Positions 1 to 10,011 of a stretch of DNA of 62,290 nt are shown piece by piece. Source of the stretch: an uncultured delta proteobacterium (GTDB taxonomy: Bacteria > Myxococcota_A > Polyangia > Polyangiales > Polyangiaceae); assembly GCA_903870415.1 (NCBI GenBank), contig CAIQDA010000094.1, positions 1 through 62,290 on the forward strand, given 5' to 3'. A program made the translations under genes and the position numbers. The notes under the pieces are model-generated. The model worked only from the letters and a program-made list of their open reading frames with translations, did not search any database and had not been told where the DNA came from. Positions within the stretch are counted from its first letter, which is position 1, and each line of letters starts with the position of its first letter.

Positions 1-894
1 CTCGGCACGAACACGGCCATGCTGCTCGTCGTCGAAGCGTCCGCGGACGGCACGCGGCGAGTCCTCGTGGACCGGGAGCTCTACCCCCGCCTCGGTGAAG
101 GACTCGACGAAGCAGGCTGCCTCTCCGGTGCCGCCCGCGAACGAACGCTCAAGGCGGTGCGGGCCCTGGCGGACGAGGCGCGGTGTTACGACACACAGAC
201 GCTTTCCCTCGTGGGAACTTCGGCACTTCGTGACGGTGACAAGGACGGCTCGCTCCTCGCGGAGCTTCGCGCGATCGTGCCATCTTCCCGCGTCATCGAC
301 GGCGCGGAGGAGGCCCGTTTGACAACTTCGGGAGCGCTCGCGGTGACCGGCGTGCGCGGCGCGTTCGTGTGTATCGATGTAGGCGGAGGCAGTACCGAGG
401 TCGTTTTTGGTGAGACCGCTCCGGCGACGCACGCCTTTGAAGTGCGCTTCGCCGCGTCGCTCCCTCTCGGCAGCGTGCGCTTGCACGGGCGCCACGCCGA
501 GGCCGACGAGCCGTTTCTCGAAGCGTATGGCGATGCGCGCACCCTGCTTTTTGACGCACTTCCTTGCATGTCCGTCGATAGCCACACGGTTATTGCCGTC
601 GCAGGTTCGGCCGCAACGGTCGGCGCCCTCGCGCTTATGGCCCGCGACGAGGCGTGGCACGAAGGAGCACGCATCGGCACACGCGAGGTCGATGCGGTGG
701 TTGAACGCCTCGTGCTCACAAGCGAAGACGATCGCGCAGCGATGCACCCGTGGCTCGCTCAACGCGCCGACGTTGCCCCCTACGGCGCGATTGTCCTTCA
801 GGCCGTCCTGCATCATCTCGCGGTGCGTGAACTCGTCGTGAGCACCGCAGGCGTCCGGTGGGGCCTCGCCATCGACCTTCTCGACGGCGGCTGA
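1..894 (+). CDS. Ppx/GppA-family phosphatase (exopolyphosphatase / pppGpp phosphohydrolase-like), 5' end cut by window edge
   Basis: Frame 1 is open from nt 1 (LGTNTAMLLVVE...), so the ASKHA phosphate-1 motif sits at the window edge. A second motif, CIDVGGGSTEVVF, follows. GC3 is high. The listed ATG at 19 is internal. Confidence 0.8.
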   Translation, partial: LGTNTAMLLVVEASADGTRRVLVDRELYPRLGEGLDEAGCLSGAARERTLKAVRALADEARCYDTQTLSLVGTSALRDGDKDGSLLAELRAIVPSSRVIDGAEEARLTTSGALAVTGVRGAFVCIDVGGGSTEVVFGETAPATHAFEVRFAASLPLGSVRLHGRHAEADEPFLEAYGDARTLLFDALPCMSVDSHTVIAVAGSAATVGALALMARDEAWHEGARIGTREVDAVVERLVLTSEDDRAAMHPWLAQRADVAPYGAIVLQAVLHHLAVRELVVSTAGVRWGLAIDLLDGG

Positions 895-967
895 AAGCGT
901 CGCGGAACTCCTTGCATTCGCCAGCGATTCGCTCAATGCTTCGCGTACGAATCATTGAGGTTACGCC

Positions 968-2137
968 ATGCCGACACCGTTTCGCGAAGAGCACGAACAA
1001 TTCCGCAAGACCGTCCGAGCCTTCGCCGAGAAGGAGCTGAGGCCACAGGTCGACGCATGGGAGGAGGCGGGCGTGTTCCCTCGCTCGGTGTTCGAGCGGG
1101 CCGGTGAACTCGGCATCCTCGGTGCGCATTACCCGGAAGCGGTGGGCGGCGCGGGCGGTGACTTTTGGTTCAGCGTTGTGAAGAGCGAAGAGCTTCCACG
1201 CTGCAACTCCGGGGGCACGGCGCTCGGCCTCCTCGTTCAGTCGGACATGGCGACGCCCGCCATTGCGGACTTGGGCACGAAGGAGCAACACGAGGAATTT
1301 CTCATGCCGGCGCTTCGCGGCGAGAAGATCGCGTGCCTCGGTGTTTCGGAGCCGGACGCAGGCTCGGACGTCGCGGGCATCAAGACGTGGGCGCGTCGCG
1401 ACGGCGACGACTACATCGTCAACGGGTCCAAGACCTACATCACGAACGGCTCGCGTGCGGACTTCATCACGCTTCTCGTGAAGACGAATCCGGAGGCCGG
1501 TGCGCACGGCTGCTCGTTCTTCCTCGTGCCCACCGCCACGAAGGGCTTCGGCATTTCGAAGAAGCTGAACAAGCTTGGCAACCTCGCGAGCGACACCGCG
1601 GAGCTTCACTTCGAGGACATGCGCGTGCCGAGCCGCTACCTTCTTGGCGAGGAAAACATGGGGTTTATGTACCTCATGCAGAACTTCCAGACCGAGCGAC
1701 TCATCGGCTCCACGAGCGCCCTCTCCGGCTCGCAGATCATGCTCGACGAGGCCATTCAGTACGCGCGCGATCGCAAGATCATGGGCAAGCCCCTCATCAA
1801 GCGCGAGTACTGGCAGCAGACCATCGCCGGCCTCCAGACGAAGATCGAGGCCGCTCGCTCGCTCTGCTACCGCGCCGCCGCGGACTACCAGCATGAGAAG
1901 TACGAACTGAAGCAGCCGCTCTCGATGGAGACCGTCAAACTCATCTCCATGTGCAAGGTCTTCGTCGGCGACGTCACGACCGAGGTGATGGACCAAGCCC
2001 TGCAAATTCACGGGGGAGCGGGCTACATCGAAGAGTACCCAATCGCGCGGGCGTGGCGTGACCATCGGCTCTTCCGCATCGGCGGAGGGACAACAGAAAC
2101 CATGCGCTACTACGTAGCCAAACTCATGGGGTTGTAG
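968..2137 (+). CDS. Acyl-CoA dehydrogenase
   Basis: 389 aa. Typical ACAD blocks: CLGVSEPDAGSDVAGIKT, YIVNGSKTYITNG, QIHGGAGYIEEYPIARAWRD. ATG at 968. Confidence 0.9.
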   Translation: MPTPFREEHEQFRKTVRAFAEKELRPQVDAWEEAGVFPRSVFERAGELGILGAHYPEAVGGAGGDFWFSVVKSEELPRCNSGGTALGLLVQSDMATPAIADLGTKEQHEEFLMPALRGEKIACLGVSEPDAGSDVAGIKTWARRDGDDYIVNGSKTYITNGSRADFITLLVKTNPEAGAHGCSFFLVPTATKGFGISKKLNKLGNLASDTAELHFEDMRVPSRYLLGEENMGFMYLMQNFQTERLIGSTSALSGSQIMLDEAIQYARDRKIMGKPLIKREYWQQTIAGLQTKIEAARSLCYRAAADYQHEKYELKQPLSMETVKLISMCKVFVGDVTTEVMDQALQIHGGAGYIEEYPIARAWRDHRLFRIGGGTTETMRYYVAKLMGL

Positions 2138-2190
2138 CGGCGAAGGCTGCGGGCGGCTGCACGCCACGAATCGTCGGTCGCAGGCTCCTC

Positions 2191-2209
2191 GCAATACAGA
2201 GAGTATTGC
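2191..2209. other. AT-rich perfect palindrome GCAATAC-N5-GTATTGC in the 328-nt gap between the ACAD and SDR genes
   Basis: Read directly: gcaatac agaga gtattgc. It lies 54 nt after the ACAD stop and has no adjacent T-tract. Confidence 0.3.
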
Positions 2210-2465
2210 TGCGGGCCGCTCCCTAGCTTCTTGGCGTTCGCTCGCCCTTGCTCCGCCGTTCGGTTTTGTTTTTTGGGCGCTCTTTGGCGCGCGAGCGTGC
2301 GTCGTCACTTTGGTGATTCGCGCGAACGCTGACGAAGGCGGGAGAGTTGGCCATTTGCTGGAGATTCGCTCGTCGGCGACGCGGGCGCGAACTCTTCGCG
2401 AAGGAAGCTCCGAACGCTTTGTCGCTTTGCGTCATCCTACGTGAAACTTACGTTCGAGGCCCTTC

Positions 2466-3575
2466 ATGCACCGCGCTCCTTTTGAATCTTCCCTCGTCGG
2501 CATCACAGGAGCCACGGGCTTCGTCGGCATGTTTCACCTCGCATGCCGTGTGCGCGCGGGCCTCCCCACACGTGTTCTCGTGCGCGGGTCGCACCCGTGG
2601 GCCAAGAGCCCTCCGCCGCATGTAGAGGTCGTGGTCGGTGACCTCGACGACAAAGCGGCGCTCGCTCAATTTGCTCAGGGAATTTCCGCCTGTTTTCACT
2701 ACGCCGCGCGCGCCTCGTTTCGCGCGAAGGAAGCGCAGCTCGCGCACATCAACGTGCAAGGCACAAAGAACGTGGTCGAGGCGTGCACCGTCGCGAACGT
2801 GCCGCGCTTTCTCATGTGCTCCACCGTGAGCACCATGATCCGCGCGGCCAAACTCGACGACGTCGACGAGAGCGTCTTGCCCGTCGACAGCAACCCCGAC
2901 GCCTATGGTCGCTCGAAGGTGGCCGCCGAGAAGGTCGCGCTCGCAGGCCATGCTGGCACCGTTGTCGTGCGTCCGCCCTGGGTTTGGGGCCCTGGCGACA
3001 CCAACAACCTCCCCACGGTGCTCAGGCCCGCCCTCCAAGGCGTCTACCGCATGGTCGACCACGGCGTGCGTCGCGGCGAACAGATTCACGTGAGTACCTT
3101 CGTGCGCGAGAACGAAGCCCTCGTATGCACGGAGGCTTCCCGAGGTCATACGTATTTCGCCACGGACAAAGTCGCACGCCGCTTCCGCGACTTCGCCGAG
3201 TTGCTCTTGCGCGCGGCGAAACTGCCGATGGTGACCCAGTCGATTCCAGGCTGGCTCATCCCCATTTTGTTTCGCCTCGACGGTCCACTTTTCCAGGGAA
3301 AACTCAGGCTTTCACCTGCCACGGCGGTCCTCGCTCGTTTTGAGCAAACCTACTCGGACAAGGCGCTTCGCACGCTCGTCGGCGACCTCGAGGTGATGGA
3401 CGACGCCGGCTTCGAAGCCGAACTCGCCGCATGGCTCAAGGACATGGGCGGAGCAAAACGCGTCGTGCGCGGCCGCAAGCAAGGCGCCGACGAAGAACTC
3501 GTGGCGATGATCTGGCAGTGGCTCCTTGAGAAGAGCGACAGCGTCAAGGGCGTGGCAAACGCCATGAGCGCTTAA
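2466..3575 (+). CDS. NAD-dependent epimerase/dehydratase (extended SDR, 3-beta-HSD-like)
   Basis: N-terminal Rossmann motif GITGATGFVG and catalytic YxxxK (AYGRSKVAAE). 369 aa. Confidence 0.8.
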   Translation: MHRAPFESSLVGITGATGFVGMFHLACRVRAGLPTRVLVRGSHPWAKSPPPHVEVVVGDLDDKAALAQFAQGISACFHYAARASFRAKEAQLAHINVQGTKNVVEACTVANVPRFLMCSTVSTMIRAAKLDDVDESVLPVDSNPDAYGRSKVAAEKVALAGHAGTVVVRPPWVWGPGDTNNLPTVLRPALQGVYRMVDHGVRRGEQIHVSTFVRENEALVCTEASRGHTYFATDKVARRFRDFAELLLRAAKLPMVTQSIPGWLIPILFRLDGPLFQGKLRLSPATAVLARFEQTYSDKALRTLVGDLEVMDDAGFEAELAAWLKDMGGAKRVVRGRKQGADEELVAMIWQWLLEKSDSVKGVANAMSA

Positions 3576-3603
3576 CGCGCCTTCGCGGGTCAGAAACGGG
3601 GCG

Positions 3604-4692
3604 TCAGCCCTTGAGGCGATCGCGGCAAAAACCGAGATTCGCCTCGATGCGCGGCCTGTCGGCACTTGGGGCGAGGCCCGCGAGGAGCTTCTCGCTGGCG
3701 ACACGCGCTTCGTCGTAGCTGCCCACCCAGAACGCCGCGACAGACACCTCGTCGAGCGCACGCCACGCGTAAACGCTGTCGTCGATGAAGAGCAGATCGT
3801 TCGGACGCGCGATGGAGGCCGCGGCGCGCGCACACACGAGCGCGGTGCCGAATCGCTTGAGCTTTCGGCAAAGGGCCGCCGCCGCATGGAGGGGCTCGGC
3901 CCGTGTCGGACGCCGGTCAAATGCACGCAAATAACCGTCGAGCGCCGCTTCGCTCTTGCCGAGACTCTCGTGCATCGCCGCCACTTGGTACTGCGCGTAC
4001 CACGCCTCTTCTTCGAACCCGCCCATGGTCGAGCGTTGCATGTAGAATGCAAGTGCACGGTCAGGCCGCCCCCCATCTCGGTAGCTTTGCGCCAGGTAGA
4101 ACATGTAGCGAGCGTTGTTCGGAGCGTCGATGAGCGCGCTTTCGAGGACCGCGGCGTCGCGAAGGTACTTCGTCGTTCCCTCACGGTTACGTGCCGAGTC
4201 GGAGAGAGAACGCACGTGCCAACCCGGCAGGACCGTCGCCGAAAAGCCCGCGCCGCATTCGAGGAACTCGTGAAGCACCCCCTCCCAGCGCCAGGGTTTT
4301 TCCAAGTTGACGATGCCAACGCGCCCGAACGAGAAGGCCTCTCCCACGTGAATGGTGAGGTGATGAGCGTCGACTTTTGGGTCCGGCTTCGGGGCCCCCG
4401 CATCAACCGAGAGCACGTCGTCCGCGTCGAGAAAGAGCGCATGCCCGCCGCCGGGCTTGGCGAAGTTCAGGGCCTCGGTACGATTATGTGCAAAATGCAC
4501 CCATGGTCGCTCGTGCAACTCGCCAGGCACGTCCGCAAGAAGCTCCCGAATGCGCGCTTGGGTGCCGTCGGTCGAACCCGTGTCGACGATGCACCACCTG
4601 GTAATATGCGGCTTCGCAGCCTTGAGGCAGCGCTCGATGACGTGCGCTTCGTTCTTCACGATCATGTTGAGGCAAAGACCACTCGAGCTCAT
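3604..4692 (-). CDS. Family-2 glycosyltransferase with C-terminal TPR-like region
   Basis: LNMIVKNEAHVIERCL...CIVDTGSTDGT and LFLDADD (DxD) GT-A motifs. The C-terminal half is helical and repeat-like (YLAQSYRDGGRPDRALAFY...). Confidence 0.7.
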   Translation of the reverse strand: MSSSGLCLNMIVKNEAHVIERCLKAAKPHITRWCIVDTGSTDGTQARIRELLADVPGELHERPWVHFAHNRTEALNFAKPGGGHALFLDADDVLSVDAGAPKPDPKVDAHHLTIHVGEAFSFGRVGIVNLEKPWRWEGVLHEFLECGAGFSATVLPGWHVRSLSDSARNREGTTKYLRDAAVLESALIDAPNNARYMFYLAQSYRDGGRPDRALAFYMQRSTMGGFEEEAWYAQYQVAAMHESLGKSEAALDGYLRAFDRRPTRAEPLHAAAALCRKLKRFGTALVCARAAASIARPNDLLFIDDSVYAWRALDEVSVAAFWVGSYDEARVASEKLLAGLAPSADRPRIEANLGFCRDRLKG

Positions 4693-4817
4693 GCCGTGAA
4701 CGGTACCACAACGAACGGACCGTCAAAAGCCACGGAAAGTGACGGGGGCTTACCTCATCTATTTCGCGGCTGTTCGCTTCCAACGCTTGAGCCGATACGC
4801 GCGTGTATCGACGGTCG

Positions 4818-5711
4818 TCAGGCGCGCGCCGTCAGCACAAACCCTGCGAGAACGATGGCCACGGTGCCCGCGAGTTCACGCAGGCCGAAGGGCTCGCCGA
4901 ACATCACCGCACCGGCGACGCGCGTGAAAAGCACGCCGCTGTAACCGAGGACGGAGACGCGCGACGCCAGGTCGAGCGTGTAGGCCCGGGTCATCATGAG
5001 CTGCGCCACGCCCCCGCACATGCCTGCGCCGATGAGGATGCCGATCGTCGAAAGCGCTGGAAAAGACCAGCCCGGCGCCGCAAGCGCTCCGAGCACCACG
5101 AGGCCGACCAGGTGAAAGAAGAAGGCGATCGATTCGGGCGCTTCGCCGTGACTCGCCAGGCGCAGGGCCATCATCGCGCACGCGGCGCAGAGCGAACTGC
5201 TCGTCGCCGCGGCCACAAGATCGGGCGCGCTTTCGAACGTCGGTTTCGCCACGACGAGCACCCCGGCAAAGGCGATCGCGAGCGCCACGCCCACGCGCGG
5301 ACGGAAGCGCTCACGCAAGACGAGCGGCGCGAGCACGGCCACGAAGAACGGGCTCGTGGCGAAGAGCGTCGACGCGTCTCCCAGGGAAATCGCTGGCGAA
5401 TGAATCGTATAGAACGTCCCTATAGCGGAGAGCGTTCCGAAGCCGGCGCGTGCGAAGAGGAGGCGCTTGTCCCGTGGACGCAACGAAACGCCCCGCAACG
5501 ACGCCACCGCGGCCGCGATGAGAAGCCCCCCGAGGAAGCGAAAGACCGCGAGCTCTTGCCAACGCGCCGAGTTCGCTTCGGACCGTGCGAGCACGCCCAT
5601 GCACGCGAAACCGAGCTGCGCGCCGATCATCCACAAGGCCGCGCGCACTCGCTCGCTCCGCGGAATCGGCGGCGGCGTAAGCACCTCGGGAACCAGGACC
5701 TCGGACGACAC
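4818..5711 (-). CDS. EamA/DMT-family transporter
   Basis: 297 aa with about 10 hydrophobic segments in a two-repeat layout typical of EamA proteins. GTG start. Confidence 0.7.
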   Translation of the reverse strand: MSSEVLVPEVLTPPPIPRSERVRAALWMIGAQLGFACMGVLARSEANSARWQELAVFRFLGGLLIAAAVASLRGVSLRPRDKRLLFARAGFGTLSAIGTFYTIHSPAISLGDASTLFATSPFFVAVLAPLVLRERFRPRVGVALAIAFAGVLVVAKPTFESAPDLVAAATSSSLCAACAMMALRLASHGEAPESIAFFFHLVGLVVLGALAAPGWSFPALSTIGILIGAGMCGGVAQLMMTRAYTLDLASRVSVLGYSGVLFTRVAGAVMFGEPFGLRELAGTVAIVLAGFVLTARA

Positions 5712-5753
5712 GGCCCTTGGCTCTTGCAGCCAAAAAGCCTAGAAACAAGAGCC

Positions 5754-6002
5754 GTGACGCGAAAAGGTGACGCCCCGAAACTAGCGGCGAGCTCGCCACG
5801 TCGCAGGCTGCGCTTTCCGATCGTCGTCTTTCTGCGCGTCGTCGTGCTCGGGGCCGCCGGAATCATCGCGAGCCTCATCGCCATCGAGCGCGCACACGAG
5901 AAGGCCGCCGAGAAAGCGCGAGCCGCTGTCGAACTCAAAGCCCACGCGCGAGAAGAGCGACTCCTCGACGCCCCAACCCTCGAACCGGAATCGCCTCCAT
6001 GA
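5754..6002 (+). CDS. Small single-pass membrane protein (hypothetical)
   Basis: In-frame GTG at 5754. One TM segment (IVVFLRVVVLGAAGIIASLIAI) followed by a charged helix. Its stop overlaps the next ATG (ATGA at 5999-6002). Confidence 0.35.
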   Translation: MTRKGDAPKLAASSPRRRLRFPIVVFLRVVVLGAAGIIASLIAIERAHEKAAEKARAAVELKAHAREERLLDAPTLEPESPP

Positions 6003-6694
6003 GCCAAGATATGCCCCTCAACGACCTCGGCCACGGCGCGTGGATCGCCCGCAATTCGCTGAGCATGATGCCCGGCGTCGCCCTGCCTCTCACGATGACC
6101 GTGCTGCGCGATTCGGACGGAGGACTCCTCATCGTCTCGCCGGTCGCGGATGTCGACGAGTGGGGTCCGGCGCTCGACGCGCTTGGGCCGGTGCGCACCG
6201 TCGTTGCACCGAACGGGTTTCACCACCTCTTCGCCAAGGCCGCGTTTGAGCGTTACCCCGCCGCCGCCCTCGTCGCCTCCGGCGCTCTCACGCGCAAGCG
6301 ACCCGACTTTCCCGCCACGACGCGCTGGCTCACGGGCGAGGCCCGCATCGAGATCGCTGGAGGAATTGCAGCACTTCCGGTGCTCGGGATGAAGCCCGTG
6401 CAGGAGTGGGTTTTTCTCCACGAGGCAAGCGGCACCCTCGTCGTGACGGACCTTCTCTTCAACATTCTCGCGCCCTCGTTTGGCCTTGGCCTCGTGCAGC
6501 GCGCCTTTGGCACTTACAAGAAGCTCGCGGTCAGCAGACTCTTCGTCCGAGGTCGCCGAGATCGCGACGCATACGAGCGGAGCCTGCGCGTCATTGAGGC
6601 CTTGCCCTTTGACCGCCTCGTGATGGCCCATGGCGAGCCCATTCTTTCGGGCGCGAAGGCGCGTGTGGCCGAGGCGTTGCGCCGCTCTCCTTGA
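5999..6694 (+). CDS. DUF4336-like (metallo-beta-lactamase-fold-like) protein
   Basis: 231 aa. VVAPNGFHHLF and LVVTDLLFNI blocks resemble DUF4336 as I recall it. Not verified. Confidence 0.55.
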   Translation: MSQDMPLNDLGHGAWIARNSLSMMPGVALPLTMTVLRDSDGGLLIVSPVADVDEWGPALDALGPVRTVVAPNGFHHLFAKAAFERYPAAALVASGALTRKRPDFPATTRWLTGEARIEIAGGIAALPVLGMKPVQEWVFLHEASGTLVVTDLLFNILAPSFGLGLVQRAFGTYKKLAVSRLFVRGRRDRDAYERSLRVIEALPFDRLVMAHGEPILSGAKARVAEALRRSP

Positions 6695-6754
6695 GGATTC
6701 CCCGCGCGACCGTTGCGCCCCACCGGGCGCGTGGTAGCGCGCGATCGTCTGCGC

Positions 6755-7411
6755 ATGGCCAAGGAAGACACGCTCGTCATTCACGAGATCTACGCAAGCA
6801 TCCAGGGCGAATCGACCTTCGCCGGGGTGCCGTGCACCTTCGTGCGCACGACGGGCTGCAACCTGCGCTGCTCGTGGTGCGACACGACGCAAGCCTTCAA
6901 AGGCGGCACGCGCATGCGCCGCGCGGACGTGCTCGAAAAGGCCCTCGCCTTTGACACGCCTTTCGTCGAGCTCACCGGCGGCGAACCCCTGCTCCAGCCC
7001 GGCGTCTTGCCGCTCATGAGCGAGCTCTGCGACGCGGGGCGCACCGTGCTCATTGAGACGAGCGGCGAAGCGGACATCGCAAAGGTCGACCCGCGCGTGC
7101 ATCGCATCATGGACTTGAAAGCGCCGCTCTCTGGCGAATCGCACCGAAACAGGCTCTCGAACCTGGAGCTTCTCACGGCCAACGACGAGCTCAAGTTCGT
7201 GCTCGCCGGCCGCGAGGACTACGAGTGGATGCGCATGATGATCGCGACGCACAGCCTCGCCTCGCGCGTCCCCACGCTTTTGGCGAGCACGGTCTTCGGG
7301 CGTCTTGCTGCCCGCCACCTCGTCGACTGGGTGCTTGAAGATAAGCTTCCCGTGCGCGTCCAACTCCAGATGCACAAGTACATCTGGGCTCCCGAAACAC
7401 AGGGCGTTTGA
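6755..7411 (+). CDS. queE: 7-carboxy-7-deazaguanine synthase (radical SAM)
   Basis: IYASIQGESTFAGVPCTFVRTTGCNLRCSWCDT (CX3CX2C cluster) and ELTGGEPLLQ. I prefer the start at MAKEDTL (6755) over the listed upstream start at 6713. Confidence 0.9.
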   Translation: MAKEDTLVIHEIYASIQGESTFAGVPCTFVRTTGCNLRCSWCDTTQAFKGGTRMRRADVLEKALAFDTPFVELTGGEPLLQPGVLPLMSELCDAGRTVLIETSGEADIAKVDPRVHRIMDLKAPLSGESHRNRLSNLELLTANDELKFVLAGREDYEWMRMMIATHSLASRVPTLLASTVFGRLAARHLVDWVLEDKLPVRVQLQMHKYIWAPETQGV

Positions 7412-7412
7412 C

Positions 7413-7943
7413 GTGACCCTCGCGGCGCCTTCGCCCGCGTGCCTCGACACGACGGACGCGATTCTGCTCGACGGAGGCAACAGCGTCTGCGGCGCATCTC
7501 GGGCGCATTTTCCCTCGGAGTTGCGCGACGGGTTCCTTGCCATTTGCGTCGCATTCGTCATCGTGTTCCTTCGTCAGCGGCGCATGCGAGAGGCCTTGGG
7601 TCTTCTCCTCGTCACGGCCGCGGTGCCCGGCCTCGTCGCGATCTTCGAAGACCGCGCGGATGCGCCTTCGAAGCGCCGGTGGCTCGCCGTCGATGTGCAC
7701 GACGCCCTTGAGCCGCTCCTCGACCCCTCGTCGCCGCCAACGACTCCGGCACGCCTCGTGCGCAACGACGATGGACCGTTCGCTCCGCTCTTCTTTTACG
7801 CGCACCCGGTGCACACGCTCCCGCAAGACGGCGACGCGAAAGGCCAGGAAATCGTCGACGTTCGCGAGGGCCCGCTGCGTTACGGCTGCGATCGCGACAG
7901 CACCACAAAGGCCCTCGTCTGCGGCAAGGGGTACGACGAGTGA
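7413..7943 (+). CDS. Hypothetical protein with one TM segment
   Basis: GTG at 7413, 1 nt after the queE stop. High GC3. One hydrophobic segment (FLAICVAFVIVFL). Its stop overlaps the next start (ATGA at 7940-7943). Confidence 0.45.
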   Translation: MTLAAPSPACLDTTDAILLDGGNSVCGASRAHFPSELRDGFLAICVAFVIVFLRQRRMREALGLLLVTAAVPGLVAIFEDRADAPSKRRWLAVDVHDALEPLLDPSSPPTTPARLVRNDDGPFAPLFFYAHPVHTLPQDGDAKGQEIVDVREGPLRYGCDRDSTTKALVCGKGYDE

Positions 7944-9241
7944 TGGGCCTCGCACGCTCCCTTGCGGGTCTCGCGACCGCGCACCTTGTCGGCACCGCCC
8001 TGCTGTCGGCAGCCTCGATCGCCCGAGGCACGGCACCTCGTGTCGCCATCGCGTCCCACGCGCTCTCGGCCACGTCGGCGCTCTTCACGGCGGCCCTCGT
8101 CTACGCGGCCTCGCTGGGTGCCTCGGGCCTTCCGATCGCCGCAGCGCTCCTCGCCGCGCTGGCCTTCGACGAGCACCGCGAGCCTGTTTTTGCTGCGTTT
8201 CCGCGGACGTGGGCTGCAGGCCTTGTGGCGCTTGCGGCGGTGGTGCTCTGGCGGCCCATGACGCCCACGTGCTGGGACGAGTTCGTGTGGCTCGGCAAAG
8301 CCCGCCTTGAGAGCGAGGGTTTCGGCACCGGCGTACGCCTCTCCTTGGACCCGCACGCGCACCTCACGCCCCAAGGTTACCCCACACTGTGGCCCGCGGC
8401 GGCAGGCTGGTTCGCCATCGGTGCCGACGACCTTGAGACCCTCACCGCCGGTGCGTCGCTGGTCGTGGTGCTCGCGTGCGGAACGTTCGTTGAGGCATTG
8501 GTGCATTCTGCATCCACCAGCCGAACGCGTGTCTTTTTGCTGCCCATCGGCATCGCAGTCGGAGCGCCGCTCGTGCTCGTGCATTTGCGCAGCACCTACG
8601 TCGACTTGCCTCTCGGACTCCTTGGCGCGTCGCTCTTTCTGACGCTCGCGCGCGAGGCTCCATCCACCGCGTCGGTCGCGACCTTTGCCGTGGTCCTCGC
8701 GGGCATGAAGGACGAGGGAGTCGCGCACCTCGCGGGTGCCGTTGTGGGTGCAGCCGTGGTGCATGGGCGCGTGCGAGGTCTTCCGCGGGCGTTCGCCTTC
8801 GCCGCCGCTTCCGGTGCGGTCGCGCTTGTGACCTGGCAGCTTGCGCTCTCGGCCCATGCCGTGGCGCGCGACCATGGTAACTTTCAGCCAGCTTTTTCCT
8901 GGTTTTCGTCCCTCGCGCGCCTCGGCTTCGCGCACGCAACGGAGCTCACGAGTTGGGGCGCGTTTTGGCCTGCGGTCGTCGTGAGCGTGGCGTTTTCGTG
9001 GCGTACACATGGGCCCCATCGCCTTGCGCGCGGCCTTGCCGTGGCCCTTGCGATCAACGCGCTCTTCGTGGTCGCGATGCTCGTCTGTGGTCCTCCGCGG
9101 GTGCGTGCGTTCGCCGAAAACGGCACCCTCGTGAACCGCGTGCTCGTGCAGTTCTGGCCTCTCGCGGCGGCGCTGCTCTTGCTCTCCGGCGCGCCCGATG
9201 ACGAACGCGCGGCGACCGAGACGGCTGGCGAGAGTCCGTAA
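7940..9241 (+). CDS. Polytopic integral membrane protein (hypothetical)
   Basis: 433 aa with about 10-12 hydrophobic segments. I recognise no catalytic motif. Confidence 0.6.
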   Translation: MMGLARSLAGLATAHLVGTALLSAASIARGTAPRVAIASHALSATSALFTAALVYAASLGASGLPIAAALLAALAFDEHREPVFAAFPRTWAAGLVALAAVVLWRPMTPTCWDEFVWLGKARLESEGFGTGVRLSLDPHAHLTPQGYPTLWPAAAGWFAIGADDLETLTAGASLVVVLACGTFVEALVHSASTSRTRVFLLPIGIAVGAPLVLVHLRSTYVDLPLGLLGASLFLTLAREAPSTASVATFAVVLAGMKDEGVAHLAGAVVGAAVVHGRVRGLPRAFAFAAASGAVALVTWQLALSAHAVARDHGNFQPAFSWFSSLARLGFAHATELTSWGAFWPAVVVSVAFSWRTHGPHRLARGLAVALAINALFVVAMLVCGPPRVRAFAENGTLVNRVLVQFWPLAAALLLLSGAPDDERAATETAGESP

Positions 9242-9352
9242 GACCACCGTTCTTTGGCCCGGACCTGCGCCGATGCGTACGCTCGCGCTGAGTCGACGCG
9301 CGTTCGCCAAAGCAACGCACCGTTGACGTTTATTTTTCCTGGAGATTTCCTC

Positions 9353-9943
9353 ATGAAGCCGTTCCTCATTCACTCCGTCGCCCTCGCCGCCGTCCTCGCC
9401 ACCTCGCCTGCCATGGCCGACGCCAAGCCGGACGCATCAGGCCCGAGCGACGAAGGGACAATGGGCGCGGCACCCGCCGCCAAGAGCCGCAGCTACGGCG
9501 TGTTCGTGAATCCCTTCGCCATCGCGCAAGGTAGCTACGGCGCCGAGTTCGACCTCAAGCTCAATTCGGTGACGACGCTGAACCTTGGCGCGGCGTATTA
9601 TATGAGTTCGGATGATACCGGAAAATATACCGGCTTCAGCGGCAGCGCGGGCACCCAGTTTTTCCCTTTCACGTCGGCATTTGAAGGGTTTTATGCCTTT
9701 CCTCGCGTGGAATTCGCGGCGCTTTCCTACAAATACACGAACAGCGCCAACGCAGACGCAAACTCGTCCGCCTTCGGCGCGGGCGCTACGCTCGGATACC
9801 AGTGGGCCTGGGACATGGGCCTCGCGGTGCGCGTCGGCGCCGGTGCGATGTATTACAGCGCCTCGGCATCCTCCGGCTCCGCGAGTAATGCATACGACGG
9901 CGTGCTGCCCGCGATCGACCTGACGCTCGGCTACGTCTTCTGA
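9353..9943 (+). CDS. Small outer-membrane beta-barrel-like protein
   Basis: GGAG 7 nt upstream of ATG 9353. Signal peptide MKPFLIHSVALAAVLATSPAMA. Alternating aromatic and Gly-rich strands, and a C-terminal ...LTLGYVF ending in Phe. Confidence 0.6.
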   Translation: MKPFLIHSVALAAVLATSPAMADAKPDASGPSDEGTMGAAPAAKSRSYGVFVNPFAIAQGSYGAEFDLKLNSVTTLNLGAAYYMSSDDTGKYTGFSGSAGTQFFPFTSAFEGFYAFPRVEFAALSYKYTNSANADANSSAFGAGATLGYQWAWDMGLAVRVGAGAMYYSASASSGSASNAYDGVLPAIDLTLGYVF

Positions 9944-10011
9944 TCAGAAGCCCGCACAAGGATGGCGGTTCGGCGCAACCACGAGCGAAGCGTTGCTGCT
10001 AGCCGCGCCGC

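Noticed and set aside
716-2308. 530-aa minus-strand ORF antisense to the acyl-CoA dehydrogenase gene. The same applies to similar long antisense ORFs at 5627-7561, 7880-9373, 14986-16881, 27703-29634, 31393-33348, 33707-36223, 42736-44349, 44770-46737, 49959-51308, 51324-52712 and 56258-58396.
   Set aside because: Their translations are Arg/Ala/Gly/His-rich and of low complexity, with no motifs. In every case the opposite strand encodes a protein with clear family signatures. Such shadow ORFs are expected in very GC-rich DNA because stop codons are rare.
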